Below are positions 24,036 to 38,188 of a stretch of 64,000 bases of DNA, in pieces. The number at the start of each line of letters is the position of its first letter. Position 1 is the stretch's first letter. The DNA comes from Octopus vulgaris (lineage: Eukaryota), in the NCBI GenBank assembly GCA_951406725.2, contig OX597818.1, positions 43,462,001-43,526,000 of the forward strand. The letters are read 5' to 3'. The notes under the pieces were generated by a model. It was given only the letters and a program-made list of their open reading frames with translations. It did no database searches and was not told where the DNA came from. The position numbers and the translations under genes were made by a program.

Positions 24036-24801
24036 TTATATCTTTATATATAAAAGTGAAGTTGTGTGTCTGTCTCCTACGATTTAGATTCCTAACTACT
24101 CCCACATTTTGCGGTGTAGTTTAACGAAAACCGGGTATCTTATAGTCGTGATTCATATCAAGCCCTTCTGGGTATTAGCGCGCATCTACGATGAGTCTAC
24201 GATTTAAACAAAAATTTACCATCATTTTTTTTCATTTTAATGCATTTTTTCGCTATTATATAAGGGAAGTAACTCTCTAAAAATGTCTACGATGAGTCAA
24301 CGATTTTTTAAAAAATTCACCATCATTTTTTTTCCATTTTTAATGCATTTTTTGGCTATAACTCTCTAAAAATGCTTATATAGTTATTTCCCTTAGAAAC
24401 CCGCTAGTCTTTATATATAAAAGTGAAATTGTGTGTCTGTCTCCTATGATTTAGATTCCTAACTACTCCCACATTTTGAGGTGCAGTGTAACCAAAAGCG
24501 GGTATCTTATAGTCGTGATTCATATCGAGCCCTTCTGGGTATTAGCGCGCGTCTACGATGAGTCTACGATTTAAAAAAAAATTTACCATCATTTTTCCCC
24601 ATTTTTAATGCATTTTTTTGCTATTATATAAGGGAAGTAACTCTCTAAAAATGTATTATTAAATCTCAGAACGTAAAAACCTACAGTAACACCCCCTTTG
24701 TGGTTAGCCATATTGAGATGGCTATTATACTTTACATCTCTAAAAATGCTTATGTAGTTATTTCCCTTACAAACCCAAGCAACGCCGGGCGATACTGCTA
24801 G
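24033..24801 (+). mobile_element. Head-to-tail dimer of non-autonomous Helitron
   Basis: A|TC 5' end; CTAG|TC junction at 24407/24408; subterminal hairpin ccc(a)agcaacgccggg and CTAG|T 3' end. Confidence 0.85.
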
Positions 24802-25113
24802 TATATATATATAATCATTATATATATATATATATGTAGTGAAAAGGTTTGAGAAAAAATTCTACATGGTGAATTAAAATTCACCATAAAACAATAAAAA
24901 GAAGGAAAATGCACAGAAATTTTATGTCGGAAAAAACATACATATTTTTATGAAATAAGATATTTACACAGTCAACCAGTTACACTTATGCTAATCATGA
25001 CCAAGTAGGTAGTGATAATGTTGTAATTTCATGCTATCATACTAAGTTTTAATTCCATGTTAGTAAGGGAACATATACATATACATATATATATATATAT
25101 ATATTTATATATG

Positions 25114-25714
25114 AAAATAGTAATGCAATACAAGAGTATTGCTTCCCAGTAAAGAATAGCCCGTGAGGGAAAATTATACATAGAAGTAAATATATGGCAC
25201 AATGAAGTACCGATATTTACTGGAAAATAGCGAACGTAATAAATACGACGCTAATGTATAGCTTCACCGCGTATGTACTAGCAAAAATGCGTGTGTGCAA
25301 CAAACTTGAAAAAAATTGTCTTATCTCCAGGGAGAACATCTGAAAGATGAAATACCTAGATAGGGATAATGTGGGACCGGTTTCAGATTTTTCAAGATAT
25401 GTCTGCACACATATACTTGATTTATCTTCATCAGCCAACATATACCCGACAACATTTCAGATGTTGCCACATCAATGCCAATACACTCGACTGAAACGCC
25501 AAAACGCTGACAGAACGAGAACGGTGAAGAAGTTTCAATAAAAATAGTAATGCAATATGAGAGTATTGCTTTCCAGTAAAGAATAGCCCGTGAGGGAAAA
25601 TTATACATAGAAGTAAATATATGGCACAACGAAGTACCGATATTTACTAGAAAATAGCGAACGTAATAAATACGACGCTAATGTATAGCTTCACCACGCA
25701 TGTACTAGCAAAAA
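25114..25714 (-). mobile_element. Non-coding element with 174-bp direct repeats enclosing a hammerhead (Penelope pseudo-LTR / retrozyme-like)
   Basis: 25114-25287 matches 25541-25714 (period 427 bp); inserted in (TA)n. Confidence 0.75.
25369..25441 (-). ncRNA. Type I minimal hammerhead ribozyme
   Basis: Minus strand: atgttgg CTGATGA agat aaa tcaag tatatgt gtgcag acatat cttga aaa atct GAAAC cg GTC ccacat. Confidence 0.8.
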
Positions 25715-25741
25715 AATATATATACATATATATATATATAC

Positions 25742-25812
<71 letters not shown>

Positions 25813-28800
25813 ATTAGATAATATCATTAATATTTCAAAAATATCATTTCTTATATGCCTACAAATGTTCACAACCACATAAATTTTAATTATAATAATT
25901 ACCATAAGTACATAATTATGTAATAATAATTATTATTATTAATAATTATGTAGTTATGAACAGTGTAGAAAACATGTATAGTGCTCAAATGAATTTGAAT
26001 TTGAACTCTTCAGCCAGGACTGGGTTCACATGTAGACATATATCTATCCATAGATATATGTATTTCTCTCTTTATCTTTCCCACATTTTCTCTCTCTCCA
26101 TCCCCCTATTTCTCCCACACTCTCCCTCCCACCTCTCTATATATGTATGTTTGACAGAGTATGAAAGAAAAGTTGGGCATAGCAGATATTGGAGCACAAT
26201 GCAGTCTTTGTACCCATTGGATTAAATTATCCAACCCATGCCAGCATGGAAGACGGGTACTGTGTGTGTGTATATCATCATCATCATCATCATCATCATT
26301 TAGCGTCCGTTTTCCATGCTAGCATGGGTTGGACGGTTCTACTGGGGTCTGTGAAGCCATATATATATATGAGGTTGCCAGTACCGCCTGACTGTCCCCA
26401 TGCCGGTGGCACATAAAAGTTCCCACTACACTCTTGGAGTGGTTGGCGTTAGGAAGGGCATCCAGCTGTAGAAACTGCCAGATCAAGATTGAAGCCTGGT
26501 GCAACCATCTGGTTGGCCAGTCCTCAGTCAAATTCTCCAACCCATGCTAGCATGGAAAGTGGATGTTAAACGATGATGATGATGTTTATATATATATATG
26601 TATCATCATCGTTTAACGTCCGTTCTAAACGATGATGATGATGATACATATATAATATATATATATATATATATAATTGTATGTGTGTGTGTGTGTGTGT
26701 GTGCATGTGTGTGTGTAAGTGCACACCAGTAAGTTTCATATACATACAGGTATGTGTCATTGCTGTTGAAATGGGTAAAGAAGAATATTGATACTTAAAT
26801 ATTTTTACATTTCTGTTTTCTGATATTGTTTGCTCTCACTATCCTTTATAACCAGTTATAAATTTTATGTAATGCCATACCTGCTTCTGAAGCAATGAAA
26901 TACTAGAGTTTAATGCAACATTAAAAATTGAGCTCTAAAATCTGGGCCATTTCCCTCCGGTATAAACACCTACTCTATATGCATACATACTCAATATTGG
27001 AAGTAGAGTGCAAATATTTACCATGGTGCTGAAATTACTACTTAGTTTCATGAATGTCATGCATCACAGCTGATTTCTGAGGTATGATAAAATAAAGTGT
27101 TTCTGTGTGACATGTATATGTCATCAGAAATGGACAAAAGTGCATATGCATGTATGTGTGAATGCACGTGCACACATACACACAAACTCATTGACATTTA
27201 TTTCCTGCTTGAACCAGAACTCAATCTACTCTCTGTAGTTCAGACAATTTTTTTTCCTCATTATATCCTTTTCTCTGTAATTTATCTGCATATATATATA
27301 TGTGCATGTCTGTTTGATTATCTAAGTATCTGTCTGCATCTATTTATTTTAATCTGTCCTTTTTCTACATGTTTCCTATACTGAGCATATCTAGCTTTCA
27401 CCTGTTGTATCCATCTATTTGCATTTTTATCTGTGTGTCCATTTAATATTTACCTATATGTATGTGTATATGATTCTTTATATGTACATGAAATTTACAG
27501 ACGTGCATGTACACACACACACACAAATATATATACTTATATATATATATATATGGCGTTAGGAAGGGCATCCAGCTGTAGAAACATTACCAGATAAGAC
27601 TGGAGCCTGGTGCAGCCTTCTGGCTTCCCAGATCCCCCGGTCGAACCGTCCAACCCATGCTAGCATGGAGAACGGACGTTAAACGATGATGATGATATAT
27701 ATATGTACAACATCCATGTTCTATGCTGGCATGGGTTCGACAGTTTGATCTAATGGGTCCAAAGATTGCGTTGTGTTCCAATGTCTGCTATGGCATGGTT
27801 TTTGTGGCTGAATGTCCTTCCTATTGTCTATCATTGTATTCTGGGTGCTTTTTCATGCCACCAACACTATTGAGGTCACCGTGCATCTTTCAAACCTACA
27901 AAACCCAAGGAATGGTGGTGGCGGCGGCAGCAGCAGTGATGGTGACAGTGGTGGACATCCTTATGTTTGATAGGGGTTGGAAGACTTTGCCTTTCATCGT
28001 TTTGGGGTCGATAAATTAAGTACCACTGGGGTTGATATAATCGACTTAATCCGTTTGTCTGTCCTTGTTTGTCCTCTCTGTGTTTAGCCTCTTGTGGGTA
28101 GTAAAGAAATAGGTATGAGAGTGAAAGAAAAAGTTGGGGTTGAACAGATTCATGTTGTAGAAGAGCTACATGTCTACTCACATTTAGGAGAAAGAGTGAG
28201 AATAATGTGGTAACCCAAGGAGATAAATAATGGTGATGAAGTGTCCAGGTGGCACCACAAGATAAGAGATGAGTGGTAGTGGATGCCTCCCTCTCTTCTC
28301 TGCTCTGGTGCTGCAGCTTACCTAATCATATCACTCTCCCACTGCTAACTATATCATGGATATATCATCATCATCATCGTTTAACATCTGCTTTCAATGC
28401 TGGCATGGGTGGGATGGTTCAACAGGAGCCAGCCAGGCGGAAGCCTGCACATGACTTCTGTGTCTATTTTGGCAGGGTTTTTATGGTTAGATGTCCTTCC
28501 TAACAGCAACCATCCAGCAGAGGGGCCTGAGTGCTTTTTATGTGGCACAAGTACATGCAAGGTTTTTACAGCTGGATGTCCTTCCAAGTGCTAACCACTT
28601 TATAGTATGGACTGGATGCTTTTTAAGTGACCCCTGCACTGACAGAGTCACCAAGTAACTTGTAAGACAAAAATCTTTTGAGAGGGGAGGGGCACTGGAG
28701 GAGGTGATCTTGTGTCAGATGATGCAAGGTTATAGTGAGACAGAGAGACAGAAACAGGTGTCTTGTTGTAGAGGAGGTATAAGGTTACCCGGCCAGAGAT

Positions 28801-29629
28801 ATCAGGAATGAGGACAGAAACAGGTGTGCTGCTGTAAAGGAGATACATGTTTACCCAACCTAAGGGAAGAGCAGGAGAACGAGAGAGAGAGTGGGAGGCA
28901 GCAGGATAGATATGGTAGCAAAGTGCTGGGCATACTCACAAGGGATGGGGATCATGATATAAATGGGATGGTCATGGAAAAGATGAGAGAAATAGATGAT
29001 GGCAAGTGCCAGGACACACCCTTGTGGTTCGAAGGTCATAATATATGTTTCTTTATTACCCACAAGGGGACAGACAAGGACAGACAAACATTAAGTCGAT
29101 TGCATCAACCCCAGTGCATAGCTGGTACTTATTGACCCCAAAAGGATGAAAGGCAAAGTTGACCTCGGTGGAATTTGAACTCAGAACATAATGGCAGACG
29201 AAATACGGTCATAATATAAGTGGCAGGACATCACCAAAGAAGCGTAAGTAGAGAGTGGGGAAGGGGAATGCATTGAGTGGTGAAAACCTGGGTATATAGA
29301 AGTGTTGGACTACCGGATAGCAATGATACAGAGAAACAGAACTGTGAGGAGTGATAGGTAACCATAGTGCATGAAGGAGGAAATGTGAGGAAGAGAAGAG
29401 ATGTAGATTGGTTTATTGGGTTAGGGTGTGTGAAAAGTTTTCTTGTGTGGGTGGAACACATAGGTCAGGAGTGAAACAGGGCCAAGGGGACAAGATTGGG
29501 GAGTGGGAAGTAAGCATAGTTCATGAAAGAGGAAATGTGAGGAAGAAAAGAGATGTAGAGATATAGTTTGGGTTGTTGGGAAAAGTGTGTGAAAAGTTTT
29601 CTTGTTACTGTGTGGGTGGAACACAGCAC

Positions 29630-30545
29630 TTCTAGAACTCAGTTTTGCTAGATGTGGGTGTACCTTCTCATGAACCTCATATTGCTAGACATCTCAGTCC
29701 ATTGTTTTTTCCTCTGTGAGGCCCAGCACCCTGAGATCAGTCTTTACTATTTCACCCCATGTCTTTCTGGGTCTCCCTCTTCTGCGGGTACCATCCACTT
29801 TCAATGATCAGCACTTTTTCTGCAGCTGTCCTCATTCATATGCATCACATGTCCAAACCAATGTTGTCTTCTCTCTTGCATGCTACATTTATTCCTGTTT
29901 TTTCTCAATACATTTGCACTGTGATGTACATGCACACTGATGTTCCACATCCAACGGAGCATACTGCCTTCATTTCTCTCTAGTCTACACATGTCTTCTG
30001 CATTCAGAGCCCTTGTCTCACTACCATGGGGTATAGCTGTTCACACAAAGCATCATACAGTCTACCTTTCTCTCTGAGAGAGAGTCCTTTTGTTCCCAAC
30101 TGGGGTAATAGCTCTCTGAACTTCCTCCACCCTATTTTTATTCTAGAAACAATACTTTCAGAACATCCTCCACCATTGCTAACAGAAATTCTCTACAACC
30201 TCAAGAGAGCCTCCTGGGCATTTGAGAGAATCTAAGGCCCATGTGCTTTTAGTGCTTATTGTTCCTGCACATCTGCCACATACAAAGACGACTTTATCTG
30301 TTAATCTACTTGTGATTCCACTGCACCTCTTATGTATCCATAGCTTACACTGGGTGCAGCAAATGGAATTTCTTCCAACTCCTTTCCTACATATTGAGCA
30401 GGGCCATTTACCTGATGGATAGTTTTATCTTCTTTCTTGCTAACAACAACTTTAGGTTAACTTTAATACTCTTTGATCAAAGTTTTGTTTCCATGCCTGG
30501 AATATCTTCTCCAATTCTACTAAAGATTCTGCAATAAGAATCATC
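29630..30545 (-). mobile_element. Decayed RTE LINE fragment
   Basis: GRWPCSICRKGVGRNS and RLERNEGSMLRWM are homologous to 20150-20730. Confidence 0.85.
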
Positions 30546-30759
30546 ATTTAGTGTCTAAAGATTCTGCAATCATTGTCATTTAACATCTGTTTTCCTTGCT
30601 GGCATGGGTTAGACAGTTTAACTGGAACTGGTAAACCAGAGAGCTGCACCAAGTTCCAGTCTGATTTGGCATTGTTTCTACAGTTGGATGCCCTTCCTAA
30701 TACCAACCACTCCAAGAGTGTAATGGATTCTTTTTTTATGTGACACCAGCAATGTTGTG

Positions 30760-30968
<209 letters not shown>

Positions 30969-31559
30969 TGAGAGAAAGGGAGAAATAGAGAGATACATAT
31001 GGACACGTATATCTACATATAGATATTTGTGTCTATATGTGAACCTAGTCCTGGATGAAGAGTTTAAGTTCAAATCTACTTGAACACTGCTATGTATTTT
31101 CTATACTTAGCATATTTAGCTCTCACCTATTCTCTCTTTCTCTCTCTCTCTCTCCTCTCCTTATATATGTGTGTGTATGTGTGTGTGGTTCAAAACTGTA
31201 CAATAAACAAAAGACAGAGACAAGTGAGACAACAACAAACATGGTGTAATAGTTTGATGCTTAGGAAAAATGGAAGAGTCTTTGACATTTCGAGCTTACG
31301 GTCTTTTACAGAAAGGAATGAGGAGAGAAAACAGATCAAGAGATTAAAAAAAAATGGAGATGTATGTTGTATTTTATGTTACATACTAAATTTATTATAT
31401 TTCATTATATGATATATATTTTTGTATATATTGACTTTATAATGTTTTTGTTTATTTTTTATGTATTGCACTGTTATATTTTGATTTTTTTTTTACCTCG
31501 TTTTGTTTTTCATTATATGAATGGATGTATGTCAATATAATGTTTTTGTTTATTTTTTA

Positions 31560-31946
31560 CTAGCAGTATCGCCCGGCGTTGCTCGGGTTTGTAAGGGAAA
31601 TAACTATATAAGCATTTTTAGAGAGTTATAGCCAAAAAATAGCAAAAAATGCATTAAAAATGGGAAAAAAATGATGGTAAATTTTTTTAAATCGTTGACT
31701 CATCGTAGACATTTTTAGAGAGTTACTTCCCTTATATAATAGCGAAAAAATGCATTAAAATGGAAAAAAATGATGGTAAATTATTTTTTAAATCGTAGAC
31801 TCATCGTAGACGTACCCAGAAGGGCTCGATATGAATCACGACTATAAGATACCCAGTTTTGGTTAAAATGCACCACAAAAGGTGGGAGTAGTTAGGAATC
31901 TAAATCGTAGGAGACAGACACACAACTTCACTTTTATATATAAAGA
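31560..31946 (-). mobile_element. Non-autonomous Helitron, single copy
   Basis: Reverse copy of the 24033 family with TC...CTAG ends and intact hairpin cccgagcaacgccggg; inserted at A|T with no TSD. Confidence 0.9.
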
Positions 31947-32365
31947 TGTATTGCACTGTTATATTTTGATTTTTTTTTTTTACCTCGTTTTGTTTTTCAT
32001 TATATGAATGGATGTATGTCAATTTGTGTGTGTGTGTATATACAGACATGCACATGTGTGTGCACATATGTATGTAGATTGATAGCTGAGCAATAAGATG
32101 GCTGATGAATTTACAAACAAGTAGATTGATGTAAGCATGTCGTCATGGTCTGAGTCAGCTCTTATTCAGAGTCACTACCTCCTATGTAGGTTGCAGTACC
32201 ATATCTCACTGAAACACTCATTTTCTGTAGCTAAATACCCACCCCATTGCAGTGTATACAGAGTGTATTTTGTCATGGACCAGTATGTATCACATGTCCA
32301 TACCAGTGCTGTCTTCTCTCTTGTACACAACATTAATTTCTCTTATACCCGGGTTTCTTCACAGG

Positions 32366-32414
<49 letters not shown>

Positions 32415-32457
32415 GGTGGTGGTGGTGGTGGTGGTGGTGTGGTGGTGGTGGTGGTGG
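32366..32457. repeat. (GTT)n(GGT)n microsatellite
   Basis: Directly visible. Confidence 0.95.
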
Positions 32458-33342
32458 TCAGTAGAATATGCCTACTTCATTCCTTCTAGCTTTCACGCAT
32501 ACTCCGCATCCGTTTCCTAATGTTTCACTATCACACAACATCACACAAGACCCAATCATCATACAATCTTCCCTTCACTCCAACAGAGAATGCCTAGTTG
32601 CAAGCAGAATTACTAGCTCCCTGAACTTTTTCCTCCTTGACTACTATGTTTTTGGAACACTCATTTCTATTGCTAATTAGATCATCTAGGTCACAGAAGC
32701 TATCTACTACTTCTAGAAGGTCTTCTGAGTATTTGAAATAATTAATTTCATGGATGCTCTTATTGCTGACAGCTCCTGTAAATCACCTACATGTAAAGTT
32801 TTCCTTCTCTGTGAATCTGTTGGTGACCCCATGAAACCTCTTGTGCACCTACAGTTTACATTTGGTACCCTGTACAAAGTTGCTACCTTGGTAGGGTTGC
32901 CACCACATCAGACAAAATGCTTAGCAACATTTCTTCTGCTTTCCGTTTCTCAGTTCAAATACCACTGGGGTTAACTTTGCCTTTCATCCTTTCAGAGTTG
33001 ATAAAATAAGTACAAGTTAAGTACCAGTAAGTCTATGTAATCGACTTACTCTCTTCCCTGAATTTACTGGCCTTGTGCCAAAATTTGAAGGTAATATTAC
33101 CAGAGGGAGACCATGCTCAGTAAATTGAAAAAGCATAATGAGCATGGCCTCTCTTTGATGACAACTGAGTCTTGTCTTCTTTATTGCTAATTAAAACTTT
33201 TGTCTTTCTTAGATATATTTTGAAGCTTCTTAGTTTATAAGAGTTTCTTTCGCATTTAGAATTTCTTCTCCAATTTTTCTCACGATTTTGCAATGAAAAC
33301 TAAGTCATTGGTATACCAATGTCCTTATGACAGTTGGTTTAA

Positions 33343-33563
33343 CCCTTTTGTTACTGTATTTATTTTGAGATGCTTCGTGTTTTCTTTCAATTACTTTAAA
33401 TGTAACAAAGAATTTAGTAAAATAAGTTAGTTATCATTCAGCTAGTGTTAGGAACATAAATTGTGACTAAGGTTTATTGGAAGATTTTAATTCAAAACTT
33501 ATGAAAACAAGACATTTGTACTCAGAGCCAAAGCCGTTTTCAGCCGGGTTGGTAACAAAAGGG
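33343..33563. mobile_element. piggyBac-type MITE
   Basis: TTAA|CCCTTTTGTTAC...GTAACAAAAGGG|TTAA; homologous to 8213-8470. Confidence 0.85.
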
Positions 33564-33569
33564 TTAATC

Positions 33570-35330
33570 TCTTCTGTTATGGACTTGATGAACTGTAATT
33601 AATAGGAAGATGGTGGAATTGAACCCTCATGAACACTTATTCTAAATTGCTCATTGAACTCATTGCTGACTCTTATCTTACTGATGGTATCACTATACAT
33701 GACTTGCATGAACGGTTAACAATAGACTGCTCTTAGCTCATTTCTCATGTGGTTGTTTCTCTAGGGAGAGGACATCATCTGAGCTAATTCTGTTCCTAAT
33801 TAGTTGTGCTATAACTCTTTGTTACTTTCATAACATGGTCCACCAACAAAATTTTCTGTTGTGGCTTTTTTTTTCTTTTTTGTACTAGTATCTTGCAGCA
33901 GTTGATCATTATCCTGTTGTATACAAACCATTGAGTATGAAACCACTTTCTTCTACCTTATTGTTTATGTAAATGACTCTTGTGTCCTAATTCACAAGCT
34001 ATCTTCAGCATCTCATTGACTATTCCTGATAGTCCAGCTGCTTTCTCTGTCTTCATATCCTTGTTGTACTTTCATCCATACAACCGTTTACTTCAGTAGC
34101 AGGTCTTTGTGTTGAATCTACTTGAAGGTAGTCTTTCTCTTTCTCCCATGCATTTTTCTTGTTCAGCCACATCTCATAATGACATTCCCATGCCCCTTTC
34201 TTCTCAGGGTTACTGAGAGCATGTGTACTTTTTTTTACCCAATAATTTGATTCACAGTGACTCACTATTTACCATTCAGAATACCTTACATCTTCAATCC
34301 TCATGCTGCAGAACATTGACAAATCTCCTATTTTAGTGTCTTTCCTTGCTATATATATTTGACATCTAACTCTCTTCCAGCTTCATAGTGTTGTTTGTTG
34401 ATCCCATTTTCCAGGCATATCTTTTAACTTTTTATACTACCATGTCATCTTCCATCTGCCTGGAGCTTTGCTCAATCCACATATATGGTCTGTGTCTTGC
34501 AGGTTGTTGTGTAAAAGCTTCCAGTTGTCCTCTATAAGTCTCTTTCTCTTTTCTGCCACAAATGCATGAATTTATAATTCTTTGAACTTAAGCTGGCTGA
34601 GAGATCTCTTGGCCTTCATACTTTCCTTCTCCAGACTGTCTGATGCATCTGGTTCCCTCTAGCTCTTATTCTGAGGTATACTGATCACTAGTCTATATTA
34701 AGTGTTACATTCTTCAGCAGGAAAGGACTTAGTCATCATCATCATCGTTTAACATCTGCTTTCCATGCTAGCATGGGTTGGACGATTTGACTGAGGACTG
34801 GTGAACCAGATGGCTGCACCAGGCTCCAATCTTGATCTGGTAGAGTTTCTACAGCTGGATGCTCTTCCTAACACCAACCACTCAGAGAGTGTAGTGGGTG
34901 CTTTTATGTGCCACCGGCACGAGGGTCAGTCAGGCGGTACTGGCAACGGCCACAAAAAAAACTTTTTTTTTTATTTTATTTTATTTTTTTGCCTGTCTTG
35001 CTTCCAGTTTGATTGGATTCTTGAAGTTAGTGGTTACAAACGTTAGTGTTCATTTGCATCACAGAACTCAAACCAAGTGTCTTGATCCTTCCTCATTCCA
35101 TATCCATAGACTCTATGTAAATCAGAGTCACCCAACATCTGCATTGCAGTCACCATTCATGATAATGAGGTTATTGTCATTCATTATCAAGATAATCTAT
35201 AACAAGGCTTCATAGACATGTGATTTTGTTCATCTGTTGGTTGTGATTGTAATGCATTCTATCAATATTTTCACCATTTAAATATTATTGTCGTTATTTC
35301 CCACCGAACCAAAGATAATCCAATTTTATT
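33570..35330 (-). mobile_element. Old RTE-like LINE remnant (endonuclease/linker region)
   Basis: Fragments AWECHYEMWLN...WEKE and HRVYGYG...EFCDAN resemble the RTE APE/linker; heavily decayed. Confidence 0.5.
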
Positions 35331-36212
35331 TTCTGTCTGAAGCAATATTTATTAATTTATAGCTGGTGTCTTTAGGACAGGCATAAATAAAAGATTCTGT
35401 CATGAAATCTTAAATTTTTCTAGCTTTTAAAGATGAGAAATCAAACTTGTTAACCACATAGCCATGCTTGCACTTTACATTTGTTCATTTTAATTCATTG
35501 ATGCAAGCATGGCTGTGTGGTTAAATAGCTTGTTTTGCAACCACGTGACTTTGGGTTCATTCCTACTGCATGGCACCTTGGGTGAATGTTTTCTATTATA
35601 GTACCGAGCTAACCAATGTCTTGTGGGTGAATTTGGTAGATGGAAACTGTGTAGGAGCCTGTTGTGTGTGTCTTTGTGTTTATCTCCCCTTATTTCTTTA
35701 TTGCCCACAGGGGGCTAAACGTAGAGGAGACAGACAAGAACAGACAAAGGGATTAAGTCGATTACATCAACTCCAGTACGTAACTGGTACTTAATGTATT
35801 GAGCCCGAAAGAATGAAAGGCAAAGTTGACCTTGGCAGAATTTGAAATACCACTTAGCATTTCACCTGGCATGCTAACATTTCTGCCAGCTCACTGTCTT
35901 GTGTTTATCTCCCCACTACCTAACAACCAGTGTAAACAAACCAGTGTTGGTTTGTTTACACCCCCTTAATTTAGTGGTTAAGTACCAAACTTAAAAATAA
36001 GTGCAAGTGTTAATTTATTTGACTAAACCCTTTAAGGTGGTACCCCAACATGGCCACAGTCCAATGACCGAAACGTGTAAAAGATAAAAAGCATTTACAA
36101 ATCAATGACATCTATCTTATCAAACAGCTATTTATTTTAGTGTTATTCTATTTGCATTCTTTAATCCAATGTAACACCCGCCTAAGTGCAAATTGAGTAA
36201 AAAATCTTAAGG

Positions 36213-36511
36213 TTACTCTCCCTTTTACTTGTTTCAGTCATTTGACTGTGGCCATGCTGGAGCACTGCCTTTAGTTGAGGAAATCAACCCCAGGACTTAT
36301 TCTTTGGAAGCCTAGTACTTATTCTATCAGTCTCTTTTGCCGAACTGCTAAGTTACGGGGACGTAAACACACCAGCATTGGTTGTCAAGCGATGTTGGCG
36401 AGACAAACACAGACACACAAACATATACATACATACACACATACATACATACATACATACATACATATGGGTTCTTGTCCCATTTTGTATTTTTGTATAT
36501 ATTTTTTATAC

Positions 36512-36542
<31 letters not shown>

Positions 36543-36705
36543 TGACGGGCTTCTTTCAGTTTCCGTCTACCAAATCCACTCACAAGGCTTTGGTCAGCCC
36601 AAGGCTATAGTAGAAAACACTTGCCTAAGGTGCCACGCAGTGGGACTGAACCCAGGACCATGTAGTTTGTAAACAAGCTACTTACTACACAGCCACTCCT
36701 ATGCC
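36213..36705 (-). mobile_element. tRNA-derived SINE, family A
   Basis: Reverse copy with expanded internal microsatellite. Confidence 0.85.
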
Positions 36706-36824
36706 TACATGTGGTTGTTTACATGACATGACATTTTGGTGCATTTTGCCATTGCTGCAGAATAACATCTCAAGATTCTTTAGTCCTTCTAGTGATTATT
36801 GTAGCCACCTAATTCTTTATTTTG

Positions 36825-37505
36825 GTACAAGGCCAGCAATTTTGAGAGGAGTAGGAAGTTGATTGCATCAATCCCAGTGCTCAACTAGTATTTATTTTTT
36901 CAATCCCTAAAGGATGAAAACCAGAATCACCCTTAGTGGAATTTGAACTCAGAAGAAATGTCACTAAGCACTTTGTCTAGCACAGTAACGATTCTTATTT
37001 CTTTATTGCCCACAAGGGACTAAACATAGAGGGAACAAACAAAGACAGACAAAGGGATTAAGTCGATTACATCGACCCCAGTGCTTAACTAGTACTCAAT
37101 TGATTGACCCCAAAAGGATGTAAGGCAAAGTTGACCTCGGTGGAATTTGAACTCGGAATGTAAAGAAGGGTAAAATATTGCTAAGCATTTCACCCGGCAT
37201 GCTAACATTTCTGCCAGCTCGCCGCCTTAACACAGTAACAATTCTTTTTTCTTTATTGCCCACAAGGGGCTAAACATAGAGGGAACAAACAAGGACAGAC
37301 AAACGGATTAAGTCGATTACATCAACCCCAGTGTGTAACTGGTACTTAATTTATCGACCCCGAAAGGATGAAAGGCAAAGTCGACCTCGGTGGAATTTGA
37401 ACTCAGAACGTAACAGCAGACAAAATACTGCTAAGCATTTTGCCCAGCGTGCTAATACTTCTGCCAGCTTGCTGCCACAGTAACAATTCTGCCAGATCAA
37501 CCTCT
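36825..37505 (-). mobile_element. Two family B SINEs nested in an older related SINE
   Basis: cacagtaac(g/a)attct occurs at 36981, 37231 and 37476, delimiting two full copies. Confidence 0.8.
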
Positions 37506-37777
37506 TTGTAGCCACCAAATTGTTGCAAGAGATTTGTTTGATGACATATTTTTGTGCCCTGATTTTCTGTTGTCCAAATCATTACTGGTAGATTCCACCC
37601 TTATGTTCGGAATCTAAATTGGGAATACAGCTTACAACACTTCAGACACTTTTGATCTTTATCTGGTTGCAGCAATCTCTGAGTTTTCTTGAATTTTCAA
37701 TGTAAGATTGAATCTAACTATATAAACTGAATTAATTCACAAATCACTAATGTAAACTCCAAGAATAATATTTATAT

Positions 37778-38188
37778 AGGCGCAGGAGTGGCTGTGTGGT
37801 AAGTAACTTGCTTACCAACCACATGGTCCCGGGTTCAGTCCCACTGCGTGGAACCTTGGGCAAGTGTCTTCTACTATAACCTCGGGCCGACCAAAGCCTT
37901 GTGGGTGGATTTGGTAGACGGAAACTGAAAGAAGCCCGTCATATATATGTATATATATATATATGTGCATGTGTGTTTGTGTGTCTGTGTTTGTCCCCCT
38001 AGTATTGCTTGACAACCGATGCTGGTGTGTTTATGTCCCCGCCACTTAGCGGTTCGGCAAAAGAGACCGATAGAATAAGTACTGAGCTTACAAAGAATAA
38101 GTCCCGGGTCGAGTTGCTCGATTAAAGGTGGTGCTCCAGCATGGCCGCAGTCAAATGACTGAAACAAGTAAAAGAGTAAAAGAGAGAG
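37778..38188 (+). mobile_element. tRNA-derived SINE, family A
   Basis: Full-length, GGCGCAGGAGTGGCTG to GTAAAAGAG. Confidence 0.9.

Noticed and set aside
26880-26970. Minus-strand exon ending AG|gtatgg
   Set aside because: Stops in all three frames from the plausible acceptor.
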